Origin: Candidatus Latescibacterota bacterium
Lineage (GTDB): Bacteria > Latescibacterota > UBA2968 > UBA8231
Direction: 5' to 3'
Length of the DNA stretch: 64,000 bases
Assembly (NCBI GenBank): GCA_965261395.1
Contig: OZ253462.1
Location: 6,432,001 to 6,496,000 of the forward strand
The position numbers and the translations under genes are program-made. The notes below the pieces were generated by a model. The model was not told where the DNA came from. It saw only the letters and a list, made by a program, of their open reading frames with translations, and searched no databases. Shown piece after piece: positions 8,808 through 17,502 of this stretch (positions are counted from its first letter, which is position 1; each line of letters begins with the position of its first letter).

Positions 8808-9850
8808 GCCTGACGGGCAAAGCGTATCTGCGCGCCCAAGTGCCGCAGATGCTCGCCGACCATCCGGCCGTCCGCGCGATCGCGCCGCTTGCGGATCAGG
8901 TTTGGCGCGTCGAAACCGCAGACGGCCGCAAGATCGTGGTCAAGTATCAGCTCTTTGGGTGGCTAACGCAGGGTAGGGCTTACGATCTGTTGGAGGTCGA
9001 GCGCGACGTGCTCGGCCTCTTGCACAGAGCGGGTTGCCCGGTGCCGGCCGTGCTGGGCATCGATCAGGAGGCGCACTGCATTTTTTTACAATGGGTCGGC
9101 GATCGCACCCTCGACGACGCCATTCAGGACGGAGATCAAGCGACGACAACGCAGGCTATACGCGGGCTGTGCGCCATTGAGCGAGCGTGCGCCCAACGCG
9201 CCGACCAGCTAGCGCCGAGGGTAGTGCCGAGCGCCAACCGCGCAGCCCTAGCCACCGCCTGGGATGAGGCGGGAACGCGGGCGCACGCTGGAATCGAGCA
9301 GCTATGCAGCCGTCTCCAGCGGTCCTTAGACGCTGGGATGCGACCGCTAATCGCCGCCATGCACGGTTGGCTGGCGGCGCGGCCGGCCGCGCTGGGCAGC
9401 GTAGATTACAACGCGCGCAACGCAGTAGTCGAGCCGGGGGGAACGCGCGTTTACTTCCTCGAATTTGCCAAGATCGGTTGGGACTGGACGGAAAGGCGCT
9501 TGACGCAGTATACTTCTAGTATGGGTAGCGGCCGGCAGAACGGGCGCATGTGCTCGCTGCTGGACGCGCCCGCAGCGCGTTTGTACGCCGAGGAGTCTGG
9601 GCGCAGCGACGGCGCACGCGCACTCGATTATCACCGAATTTTTTTTCTTTTAAACAGCGCGGCCCTGTTGTGCGCGGCCCTCGACGGCGAGCCGCACGCA
9701 CTGGCCCTGCGCCAACACTGGAAAAGGCCCCTTGCGCGGCTGCGGCAATGCGCGGCCATGTTGGCCCAGGGCTTGAGCACAGACCCAAGTGCAGCCGAGT
9801 TCAGAAGCCGGTTGCAATTTTGTATATCACCACGCGGAGGTACCCTATGA
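8804..9850 (+). CDS. Aminoglycoside-phosphotransferase/protein-kinase-like fold protein with divergent motifs
   Basis: IVVKY, E helix (EVERDVL), PVPAVLG, catalytic-loop-like DYNARN, and EF in place of DF (FLEFAKIG). Confidence 0.65.
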   Translation: MSLTGKAYLRAQVPQMLADHPAVRAIAPLADQVWRVETADGRKIVVKYQLFGWLTQGRAYDLLEVERDVLGLLHRAGCPVPAVLGIDQEAHCIFLQWVGDRTLDDAIQDGDQATTTQAIRGLCAIERACAQRADQLAPRVVPSANRAALATAWDEAGTRAHAGIEQLCSRLQRSLDAGMRPLIAAMHGWLAARPAALGSVDYNARNAVVEPGGTRVYFLEFAKIGWDWTERRLTQYTSSMGSGRQNGRMCSLLDAPAARLYAEESGRSDGARALDYHRIFFLLNSAALLCAALDGEPHALALRQHWKRPLARLRQCAAMLAQGLSTDPSAAEFRSRLQFCISPRGGTL

Positions 9851-10113
9851 GCGAGTGGAACACGCTCGACTTCAAGCCCCGGGCCCGAGGAATGATCATC
9901 GGCGATATTCCCTGGCTGGCGCGCATCGCCGACAAGGCGCGGGCGCACCAACAGCAACGCATCGGCGACTACGTATTTCCCTGACCAGCCGACAAGCACT
10001 TCCTGGAGGAAGTGGAGCTGACAGCCGCAGCATTCGAGGAGATGGTGGCCTCGTCCGCAGACGACGATGCGCTGATCGAAAAGATGAAAGCGCACTTGGC
10101 CAGAAAGCACTAG
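9847..10113 (+). CDS. DUF5069-like selenoprotein, 88 aa; selenocysteine at codon 46 (TGA 9982-9984)
   Basis: MSEWNTLDFKPRARGMIIGDIPWLARIADKARAHQQQRIGDYVFP-TGA-PADKHFLEEVELTAAAFEEMVASSADDDALIEKMKAHLARKH-TAG. GGAGG SD and ATGA coupling upstream, TAG ends 1 nt before the next ATG; the TGA aligns with the Cys of the DUF5069 R..DKARA...G.Y..PCP.D..FL motif. Confidence 0.85.
9986..10020 (+). promoter_or_regulatory. Putative bacterial SECIS hairpin
   Basis: CACTTCC-TGGA-GGAAGTG (9997-10014): perfect 7-bp stem, G at loop position 2, loop about 19 nt after the UGA; outer CAGC/GCTG pairing. Confidence 0.75.
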
Positions 10114-10114
10114 C

Positions 10115-11002
10115 ATGAGTACTTCAGCGCAAACAACACGCACGCCAAGGCGGCGAGTCCGGGAACTGGAGGTAGAAGTCGTCCAAGCACGTCGCGACAC
10201 CCCAGACACCACCACGCTCTTTATGTCCACTGGCGACGAGCCGACCGAATACGAGGCCGGCCACTTCTGCACCATCGATCCTCACCAGTTCGGCGAGTTG
10301 GAGCACTTCACCGCCTACTTAGAAGATCAAAAGGGGCAGCGGGAAAAGCCGCGGGCCTATTCCATGGCCTCTGCACCGCACGAACAACACCTCGCCATCA
10401 CCATCAAAGAGGAGCGCTACGAGAGCGGCGAGACGCCGTACCCGCCGCTGCTATCGCCGCTCTTGACGTACTACATCCAAGAGGGCCGGCGGCTGGTCAT
10501 CAGCGGTTTTACCGGGGCGTACACCTTTCCCGCCGATGTCTACGAGCGCACCGAGCACATTGTCCACGTGTGCGCTGGCAGCGGCATCGTGCCCAACAGG
10601 AGCCTGATCAAGGAAAGCCTGCACCGCGGCGATCCGCTCCGGCACACCTTGCTGTTTAGCAACAAGACGCGCGGCGACGTCATTTACTTCGAGGAATTCG
10701 AGGTGCTGCGGGAGCAGTACCCCGACCGGCTCGACGTGATCCACTGCATCACCCGCGAAGACCCGGCCGGCATCCGCGGCGCCCGCAACGGGCGTATCTC
10801 CGAGGAGCTTTTGCGCGAAGTCGCACCCAATCCCTCCAAGGTGATGGCCTACAGCTGCGGCCCGGGCATCACGCCCTACGAGCGCCGAGCGGCCCGGGCT
10901 AAGGGCGAGACTCCCGAGCCGCGCTTCGTCGAAAACATGGTCGCGCTCTTGCAGGAGCACGGGCTGGACAAGAAGCAGATCCGGCAGGAAAGCTGGGGGT
11001 GA
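10115..11002 (+). CDS. FAD/NAD(P)H-dependent ferredoxin-NADP reductase (FNR)-like oxidoreductase without Fe-S domain
   Basis: RAYSMAS FAD motif, CAGSGIVP NAD motif, YSCGP, C-terminal ESWG. Confidence 0.85.
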   Translation: MSTSAQTTRTPRRRVRELEVEVVQARRDTPDTTTLFMSTGDEPTEYEAGHFCTIDPHQFGELEHFTAYLEDQKGQREKPRAYSMASAPHEQHLAITIKEERYESGETPYPPLLSPLLTYYIQEGRRLVISGFTGAYTFPADVYERTEHIVHVCAGSGIVPNRSLIKESLHRGDPLRHTLLFSNKTRGDVIYFEEFEVLREQYPDRLDVIHCITREDPAGIRGARNGRISEELLREVAPNPSKVMAYSCGPGITPYERRAARAKGETPEPRFVENMVALLQEHGLDKKQIRQESWG

Positions 11003-11959
11003 ATGAAGTTAATCGTGCAGATTCCCTGCTTTGACGAAGAGCAAACCCTGCCCGCTGTAATCCGCGACATCCCGCGCCAAGTGCCCGGCATTGACCAGGT
11101 CGAAATTTTGGTCATCGACGACGGCTCTAACGACCTCACCAGCGAGGTGGCGCGTGAATGCGGCGCGGATCACGTAATTCGCTTCCCGCACAACCGAGGA
11201 CTGGGCCAAGCCTTTAAGGCCGGTTTTGACGCTTGTCTGCGGCTGGGGGCCGACATTATCGTCAACACCGACGGCGACAACCAGTACTACGGCGGCGATA
11301 TCGGCAAGCTAGTCGCGCCCATCCTCTGCGGCCGGGCCGACATGGTCATCGGCGACCGGCAGACACAGGCCATTGCCCATTTCTCCGCCCTCAAGCGCTA
11401 CCTACAGAGCTTGGGCAGTCGGGTGATTAGCCGCCTCGCCGGCTTACAGGTACCGGATGTGGCCAGCGGCTTTCGCGCCTTTAGCCGCGAGTGCGCGCTT
11501 CAGCTTTCGACCTTTACCAACTTCGACCACACGGCCGAGCACGTGATCGAGGCCGGATACAGGAATTTGGCCGTGACCTCTGTCGCGGTCCGCACCAACC
11601 CCAAGACGCGCGAGTCGCGCCTCTTTTCCAACATCGGCAAGTTCGTCTTCAAATCCGGGGAGATCAGTTTGCGCACCTATGCGCGCTACGCCGCGCTCAA
11701 GGTATTCGCCCTATGCGGCATTTTGACCTTTGTCGCCGGCTTTTGCCTCGGCGTGCGCTTTCTCTACTTCTTCTTTTTTACCGACGAAGGGATGCTGCAC
11801 GTGCAGTCGCTTATTTTGGCGGCAATTCTGCTGTTGGCCGGGTTTCAGATGTTTCTCACCGGCGTCATAGCCGATTTGATCGCCACCAATAGGGACTTGC
11901 TCGAAGATGCGTTGCAGCGGGTCAAGAAGTTGGAATTGCGCGATACGAGCAAAACATAA
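11003..11959 (+). CDS. GT2 glycosyltransferase, polyprenol-phosphate glycosyltransferase (DPM/GtrB-like) with two C-terminal TM helices
   Basis: QIPCFDEE, IDDGSND, NRGLG, TDGDNQY, DVASGFRAFSR. Confidence 0.88.
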   Translation: MKLIVQIPCFDEEQTLPAVIRDIPRQVPGIDQVEILVIDDGSNDLTSEVARECGADHVIRFPHNRGLGQAFKAGFDACLRLGADIIVNTDGDNQYYGGDIGKLVAPILCGRADMVIGDRQTQAIAHFSALKRYLQSLGSRVISRLAGLQVPDVASGFRAFSRECALQLSTFTNFDHTAEHVIEAGYRNLAVTSVAVRTNPKTRESRLFSNIGKFVFKSGEISLRTYARYAALKVFALCGILTFVAGFCLGVRFLYFFFFTDEGMLHVQSLILAAILLLAGFQMFLTGVIADLIATNRDLLEDALQRVKKLELRDTSKT

Positions 11960-11967
11960 TTTCCCAG

Positions 11968-12915
11968 ATGAAAAAACCTGCGGTTTACCTAGACGGCCAA
12001 GAGGGGACCACCGGGCTGCGCATTCGCCAGATGCTAACCGGGCGCGAGGATGTGGAGGTGTTGCTCATTCCACCGGAACATCGTCGGGACCAACGCGCTC
12101 GGGCCGAGTTTCTCAACCGCGCGGACTTGTGCGTACTCTGCCTGCCCGACGACGCGGCAGCCGAGGCCCTCGCCCTGCTCGACAACCCGCAGACCAAGGT
12201 CATCGATACGAGTACGGCGCGGCGGGTCCACTCCGAGTGGGTCTACGGGCTGCCCGAGATTTCACCCGCGCACAAAGAGCGGATTCGCCGCGCGCAGAGA
12301 GTCGCCAATTGCGGTTGCTATCCCGTCGGCTTCATCCTCGCCGTGCGGCCCCTCATCTCGCAGGGGCTGCTCCTGCCCACCGCACCGCTGGCCATCAACG
12401 CAGTGTCCGGCTATTCCGGTGGGGGACGCCAGATGATCGCCGAATACGAAGGGGAGGGCGACCACAAGCCTTTCTGCCTGTACGGCCTCGACGGCGACCA
12501 CAAGCACCTGCCCGAGATATGGAAATTCAGCGGGTGCGACAAGCAGCCGCTCTTTGTGCCGTCCGTCGATCATTCGTTCTGCGGCATGGTCGTCAGCACG
12601 CCGGTGCCCACGGAATTTTTCGCCCGTCCCCACGTCAATCGCGAAGCCGTGTACGAGGTTTGGCGCGAGTACTACGCGGACTGTCCCTTTGTGAAGTTGG
12701 TCGCGCCTCAAACCGCTGTACTGCGCGACGACAAGTTCCTCGACCTAACGGGGTTGAGCCATACCAACTTCGTCGAGCTATCGGTCTGGGGCGACCCAGA
12801 GCAGGGGTTGGTTTTGGTCGGGCGGCTCGACAATCTCGGCAAAGGAGCGTCGGGCAATGCCGTGCAGTGCCTCAACTTGATGCTCGGCTGCGACGAGACC
12901 GCAGGGCTAGGCTAG
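11968..12915 (+). CDS. argC: N-acetyl-gamma-glutamyl-phosphate reductase (short type)
   Basis: DGQEGTTGL, LCLP, VYGLPE, ANCGCYP, SGYSGGG, LDNLGKGASGNAVQ. Confidence 0.92.
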   Translation: MKKPAVYLDGQEGTTGLRIRQMLTGREDVEVLLIPPEHRRDQRARAEFLNRADLCVLCLPDDAAAEALALLDNPQTKVIDTSTARRVHSEWVYGLPEISPAHKERIRRAQRVANCGCYPVGFILAVRPLISQGLLLPTAPLAINAVSGYSGGGRQMIAEYEGEGDHKPFCLYGLDGDHKHLPEIWKFSGCDKQPLFVPSVDHSFCGMVVSTPVPTEFFARPHVNREAVYEVWREYYADCPFVKLVAPQTAVLRDDKFLDLTGLSHTNFVELSVWGDPEQGLVLVGRLDNLGKGASGNAVQCLNLMLGCDETAGLG

Positions 12916-13665
12916 ATGCTCGTCGATAGCCACTGTCATCTCGACCAATTCGCCGATGCCGACGCCGTGCTTGCGGCAGCCGCACAGGCCGGGGTGGGGC
13001 AGGTCGTCGCCGTCAGCGAAAGTGCCAGCTCCATGCGCACAGTGCTCGCGCTCAAGCGGCAGCACCCAGACCAAGTGCTGGCCGGGCTGGGCTTGCATCC
13101 AGCATGGGTCACCCAAGCCACAGATGCAGAGCTCGCAGACGCACTCGCTTATCTGGCCGTGCATCTGCCCGAAGCCGATGTCCTCGGCGAGGTCGGCCTC
13201 GACTACAAATGGGCGACCAGCCCGGAGCAGCAGGCCCAGCAGCAGGACGTCCTCGCGCAGCAGTTCGACCTCGCGGCCCAGTGCGGCAAGCCGATCAACC
13301 TGCACTCGCGCCGCGCCCAGCGACAGACCTTGGAACAAGCCGTGGAATTTCGCCGCCGCACCCAGCTCAACGCCCAGCTACACTGGTTCACCCAATCCAA
13401 AAAACTCGTGCGGATATGCCGTGCAGAGCGGATTTACGTGTCCGTCGGTCCGTCCGTTCTGGGCGACCCGCAGACCCAAGCCGTGGTCGCGGAGATCGAC
13501 CGCGAGTTGCTGCTGTTGGAGACGGACGCGCCCGTGCCCATCGACGGGGTCCCAGGCCATCCAGTGCGGGTGGCAGCAGTTGCCGCAAAACTAGCCGAAC
13601 TAACCGGGTTCACCGAGGAGGAGGCCGCGGCCAATTGGGCGCGCTATTTGGGCAAACTGCCGTGA
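12916..13665 (+). CDS. tatD: TatD family hydrolase/DNase
   Basis: DSHCHL, GLHP, GEVGLDY, LHSR, LHWF, LETDAP. Confidence 0.85.
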   Translation: MLVDSHCHLDQFADADAVLAAAAQAGVGQVVAVSESASSMRTVLALKRQHPDQVLAGLGLHPAWVTQATDAELADALAYLAVHLPEADVLGEVGLDYKWATSPEQQAQQQDVLAQQFDLAAQCGKPINLHSRRAQRQTLEQAVEFRRRTQLNAQLHWFTQSKKLVRICRAERIYVSVGPSVLGDPQTQAVVAEIDRELLLLETDAPVPIDGVPGHPVRVAAVAAKLAELTGFTEEEAAANWARYLGKLP

Positions 13666-13720
13666 AAACATCGACATTATGGGAAATACTATTAGCGCAA
13701 TTAGGCAAACAGGAGGAACC

Positions 13721-15475
13721 ATGCCAACGAGCATTTTTGTCCTTGCTTTCGCCCTCGTCTTTTGCGGGCTAGCAGGGCCAGCAAGCGCCCAACAAGGCCT
13801 AGGCAGCTTAGAAAGTCTGATCAAGCGAGGCGAAAAAGAAGTCAGACCACAGGCCCTTTCCGCGTCCGACCTACCGGACCTAAATCAGGATTTGATCTCC
13901 GATAAGGCGCGCCTGCCCGGCAGCTTAAGCGCGGATAAGACGCGCATCGGTCAGGATCGCGATATAGACCCAGACGCGTACATCGTCGGCCCTAACGACG
14001 TACTTCAGCTTTACATCTGGGGCGAATTTGACCAGCCCTACACCTTGCAGGTCAATCCAGAGGGCAATGTCCTCATCCCCACCGTCGGCTCGTTTCACAC
14101 TTCGGGCCTATCGCTGACCGCGGCCAAAGAGCGCCTCTCGACCGCAGTCCAAAACAAATATCCTAACGTGGACATCAGCATCTCCCTCGTGAGTATGCGC
14201 TTCTTCACCGCGTACGTCACCGGCGCAGTGCTGAACGAGGGCAGCTTCACTATCCATCCGACTACGCGAGTTTTAGATATAATCAAACAGGCTGGCGGCT
14301 TTGAGAACCGATTGCAACGGATCGCGTTGCCGGATCAAGATGCCGGTGGAGCCACTAACCGCAACACAGGCCGGCGCTCCATCCAACTAATCCACCGCGA
14401 CGGCACCAGCGAGCGCGTGGATCTCGATATGTTCCTCGCCACCGGCAACCTCGTGCACAATCCCTACGTGCGCATGGGCGACGTGGTCCACGTCTCGTTT
14501 CGCAAGCATTCGGTGTCCATCTTCGGCGCGGTCAATGAAGAGGGCGAATACGAGTTCCTACCCGGGGATACCCTCGGCGACCTAGTGACATTGGCCAAGG
14601 GTTTGAACCGCTCCAAGCCGCTGATCAGTGCCGAACTCTGGCGCTTTCAGGAGGGCAGCGAGCAGGCCGAAGTCATTGAGCTAGGCAGCGCCAAAGAGAC
14701 GCTGGAGGAACTGAACTACGAGACCATCCGCCACATTGAGCTGCGCCCCAACGACGCGATCTTTATCCGCGCGCAATCGCTGTGGCAGTCCACGCACACG
14801 GTCGTGATCTCTGGCGAGGTCAGGTTCCAAGGCCCCTACCGCATCGAACCCGGCATTACCCGCATCAAGGACGTGGTGGCCGCGGCCGGCGGCCTAACCG
14901 ATGAGGCGTCTCTCATCGGTGCCCGAGTAATCCGCACCAAGGTACGGGCCGAGAAAGACCCGCAGCTAGAGCAGCTAAAGAGACAGAGCGAGGTGGCAGG
15001 CCTCACCTACATGAACATCGAGGATCGGGCTTATCTCAAGACCAAAACCCGCGAAGAAAAGGGGCGGATCGCAGTCGATTTCGAGCGGTTGTTTGTGGAT
15101 GGTGACGAGGGGCAAAACATCTTACTCGCCAGCGGCGATGTGATCTTTTTCCCCTTGCAGCGGCACACTATTAGCGTCAGTGGCCAAGTGCAACGAGCCG
15201 GGCTGATCGACTACGAGCCAGGCCGCAAAGTGCGCTACTACATAACCAAGGCCGGCGGGTACTTGTACGACGCCGACAAACGCAATGCCCGCCTAGTCCG
15301 AGCGCGCACTGGCGTCCGCGAGAAACTCAAAGACAACCTGCTAGTCGAGGTCGGCGACGAAATATGGATACCCCAGAAGGAGCGCATCGACTACTGGGCA
15401 TTCACCCAGGAAACTATTCCCACCGTCTTCAATATCCTGACCCTCGCGGCCTTGTTGAAGGGGGCTTTTTTTTAG
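13721..15475 (+). CDS. Polysaccharide export protein with multiple SLBB domains (Wza/KpsD-like)
   Basis: GGAGG SD, signal peptide, YIVGPNDVL poly_export motif, repeated V.G.V...G.Y SLBB motifs. Confidence 0.85.
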   Translation: MPTSIFVLAFALVFCGLAGPASAQQGLGSLESLIKRGEKEVRPQALSASDLPDLNQDLISDKARLPGSLSADKTRIGQDRDIDPDAYIVGPNDVLQLYIWGEFDQPYTLQVNPEGNVLIPTVGSFHTSGLSLTAAKERLSTAVQNKYPNVDISISLVSMRFFTAYVTGAVLNEGSFTIHPTTRVLDIIKQAGGFENRLQRIALPDQDAGGATNRNTGRRSIQLIHRDGTSERVDLDMFLATGNLVHNPYVRMGDVVHVSFRKHSVSIFGAVNEEGEYEFLPGDTLGDLVTLAKGLNRSKPLISAELWRFQEGSEQAEVIELGSAKETLEELNYETIRHIELRPNDAIFIRAQSLWQSTHTVVISGEVRFQGPYRIEPGITRIKDVVAAAGGLTDEASLIGARVIRTKVRAEKDPQLEQLKRQSEVAGLTYMNIEDRAYLKTKTREEKGRIAVDFERLFVDGDEGQNILLASGDVIFFPLQRHTISVSGQVQRAGLIDYEPGRKVRYYITKAGGYLYDADKRNARLVRARTGVREKLKDNLLVEVGDEIWIPQKERIDYWAFTQETIPTVFNILTLAALLKGAFF

Positions 15476-15502
15476 AACAAGGATCTCAAGGAGCACTACT
15501 TG

Positions 15503-16696
15503 ATGAATACCCCAAAGAAAGAAATCGACATCATCGATCTGCTGACGGCGCTACACGCGGGCCGATGGCTGATCATTGGCGGCACCTTGGCCATTTGCGT
15601 CTTGGCCGGTGGCCTCAGCTTCCTCTTGCCAAAGGAATACGAGGCCACCGTGCAAATTCTGCCCCCCCGCGAGAAGAAGGAGAGTTTTGGTTTTTCCAGC
15701 CTGCTCTCGTCCTTACCCATACCCGCCTTCCGCCTCGGGGAGAGGGGCACGCCATCTGACATTTCGCTCGCGACCATCAGGAGCCTAACGGCGCGGCGGC
15801 GGATGGTCGAGAAATTCGGTTTGATGCAGCGCTACGAGGCTCGCACCCTGACCGACGCGATTGAGGTCCTCGCCGACAAAACCACGGCCGCCATGACCGA
15901 AGAGGGCATGCTTGGAGTCTCAGTTCTAGACAAAGACCCGCAAATGGCCGCCGACATGGCCAATTACTACATCGTACTACTCGATAGCACCAACAAGCGG
16001 TTCTCGCACAAGACGGCCTCCGACCGCTTGGACTTTACCCGCGAGATTTTGCAAGAAGAAGATAAAAGGCTCGATGACAAGATGAAGCGGCTGGAGGAGT
16101 TCCAGTCCGAGCACAACGCCATCTCGATCGAAGACCAAGCCCGCGCGGCGATTCTGACTGCCACCTCGATGCACACCGCCGCAATGGAACTCGCAATTGA
16201 GCGCCAGCGGCTCATTCTATCGGGGCTAGGTCCCAACCACGACAAGGTCAAACAGCTCGAGCGCGAAATTAACCTGCGGCAGGTGACCATAGCTTTCTTG
16301 CGCGACGGCCTCAAGCCTGCCGACAACACCATGCTGCAAAACAAAGCGCTGCAACTACAGCTAGACGAAAACCTCTTCCTACCGCTGAATCAGATCCCAG
16401 GCGTGGCCCAAGAGTACGCAAACCTCGAAAAGGATGTGCTTGTACAGACGTCCCTTTTGCTGGTCCTGTTGCAACAGGAGGCCCAATCCCTGATTGAGGC
16501 CAAAGACGCCACTTCGACCGTGCAGATACTCGACCCGGCCACTCCGCCCGAAATCAAGGCCAAGCCCCAGCGCCTGCTGATCGTATTTATCGCCGGCCTA
16601 CTCAGCCTCATCGCCTCAGTCTCCTATGTGCTGGGGGCGGTGTACATGCGGGAGCTCCAACAGCGCTGGCGCGAGCGGCGCGAGACGACGGTCTGA
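15503..16696 (+). CDS. Polysaccharide chain-length determinant (Wzz/Wzc N-terminal-like, no kinase domain)
   Basis: EIDIIDLL, N-terminal TM, P..YEAT, coiled coil, ILDPATPP...KP, C-terminal TM. Confidence 0.85.
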   Translation: MNTPKKEIDIIDLLTALHAGRWLIIGGTLAICVLAGGLSFLLPKEYEATVQILPPREKKESFGFSSLLSSLPIPAFRLGERGTPSDISLATIRSLTARRRMVEKFGLMQRYEARTLTDAIEVLADKTTAAMTEEGMLGVSVLDKDPQMAADMANYYIVLLDSTNKRFSHKTASDRLDFTREILQEEDKRLDDKMKRLEEFQSEHNAISIEDQARAAILTATSMHTAAMELAIERQRLILSGLGPNHDKVKQLEREINLRQVTIAFLRDGLKPADNTMLQNKALQLQLDENLFLPLNQIPGVAQEYANLEKDVLVQTSLLLVLLQQEAQSLIEAKDATSTVQILDPATPPEIKAKPQRLLIVFIAGLLSLIASVSYVLGAVYMRELQQRWRERRETTV

Positions 16697-16701
16697 TTCT
16701 T

Positions 16702-17142
16702 ATGACTATTCAAGTGAAGGTGATCAACAAAGGAGGCCAACCGCTGCCCACCTATGAGACGGCGCATAGCGCGGGCCTCGACTTGCGCGCCGCCTTGTCA
16801 AAAGAAGTGGTCTTAGCGCCCGGCGAGCGCGGCCTCATTCCCACGGGCCTGTTTCTCGAAATCCCCCCAGGCTACGAGGCACAGGTCAGGCCGCGCAGTG
16901 GCTTGGCCCTCAAGCGCGGCCTGACGTTGCTCAACGCCCCGGGCACGATCGACGCCGACTACCGAGGCGAAGTCGGCGTCATCATGGTCAACCTTTCGGC
17001 CGAGGAACAGCGCATCGGCCCGGGCGACCGCATCGCCCAACTCATTTTCGCGCCGGTGACACGCGGCGAGTGGATCGAGGTCGATACGCTGGATGAAACG
17101 GAGCGCGGCAGCGGCGGCTTTGGCTCGACGGGGGGGCGCTGA
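16702..17142 (+). CDS. dut: dUTP diphosphatase
   Basis: AGLDL, RPRSGLA, GTIDADYRGE, RIAQL, RGSGGFGSTG. Confidence 0.95.
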   Translation: MTIQVKVINKGGQPLPTYETAHSAGLDLRAALSKEVVLAPGERGLIPTGLFLEIPPGYEAQVRPRSGLALKRGLTLLNAPGTIDADYRGEVGVIMVNLSAEEQRIGPGDRIAQLIFAPVTRGEWIEVDTLDETERGSGGFGSTGGR

Positions 17143-17168
17143 AACTGTTCAAAAGTGGATTAAAAGAG

Positions 17169-17204
17169 AAGAGGCCGGTGTTCCAAAAGGAGCACCGGCC
17201 TCTT
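17169..17204. terminator. Hairpin between convergent operons, likely a bidirectional terminator
   Basis: AAGAGGCCGGTGTTCC-AAAA-GGAGCACCGGCCTCTT, with A-rich left and T-rich right flank. Confidence 0.75.
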
Positions 17205-17227
17205 TGCGTTGTATCCGTTACGGCTGC

Positions 17228-17497
17228 TTAACTCGCGCCCCCCGATATAGCGGGCAGGAAGTGAACCTCGCTTTGCGGCCCCACCTTAGCCCTAAGCCCG
17301 GCCGCAACGATTTCGCCATCTACCGCAACGGCAATCTCGGTCTTGATGCGGTCGCCATTGAGGATTCGCTCCTTAAAGCCAGGGTAGCGGGCGTCGAGCG
17401 CGGCAACGACCTCGCGCACCGTCGCACCCTCTACCTCTACTTGCTGCTGGCCAGCGGTCAGCTTCTGCATCAGCGAGGGAATCCAAGCTACGGGCAC
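17228..17497 (-). CDS. MoaD/ThiS family ubiquitin-like sulfur carrier
   Basis: GATVREVVAALDARYPG...VAVDG...VHFLPAISGG followed by an AS extension. Confidence 0.85.
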   Translation of the reverse strand: MPVAWIPSLMQKLTAGQQQVEVEGATVREVVAALDARYPGFKERILNGDRIKTEIAVAVDGEIVAAGLRAKVGPQSEVHFLPAISGGAS

Positions 17498-17502
17498 AGC
17501 TT

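Noticed and set aside
11907-12929. 340-aa Arg-rich ORF overlapping argC
   Set aside because: Alternative-frame artefact with no motifs; argC occupies the locus.
10980-13665. Additional UGA read-through at the ends of the FNR-like and TatD genes
   Set aside because: Both proteins are complete at these stops (ESWG terminus; full TatD barrel), and no Cys-aligned context is evident.
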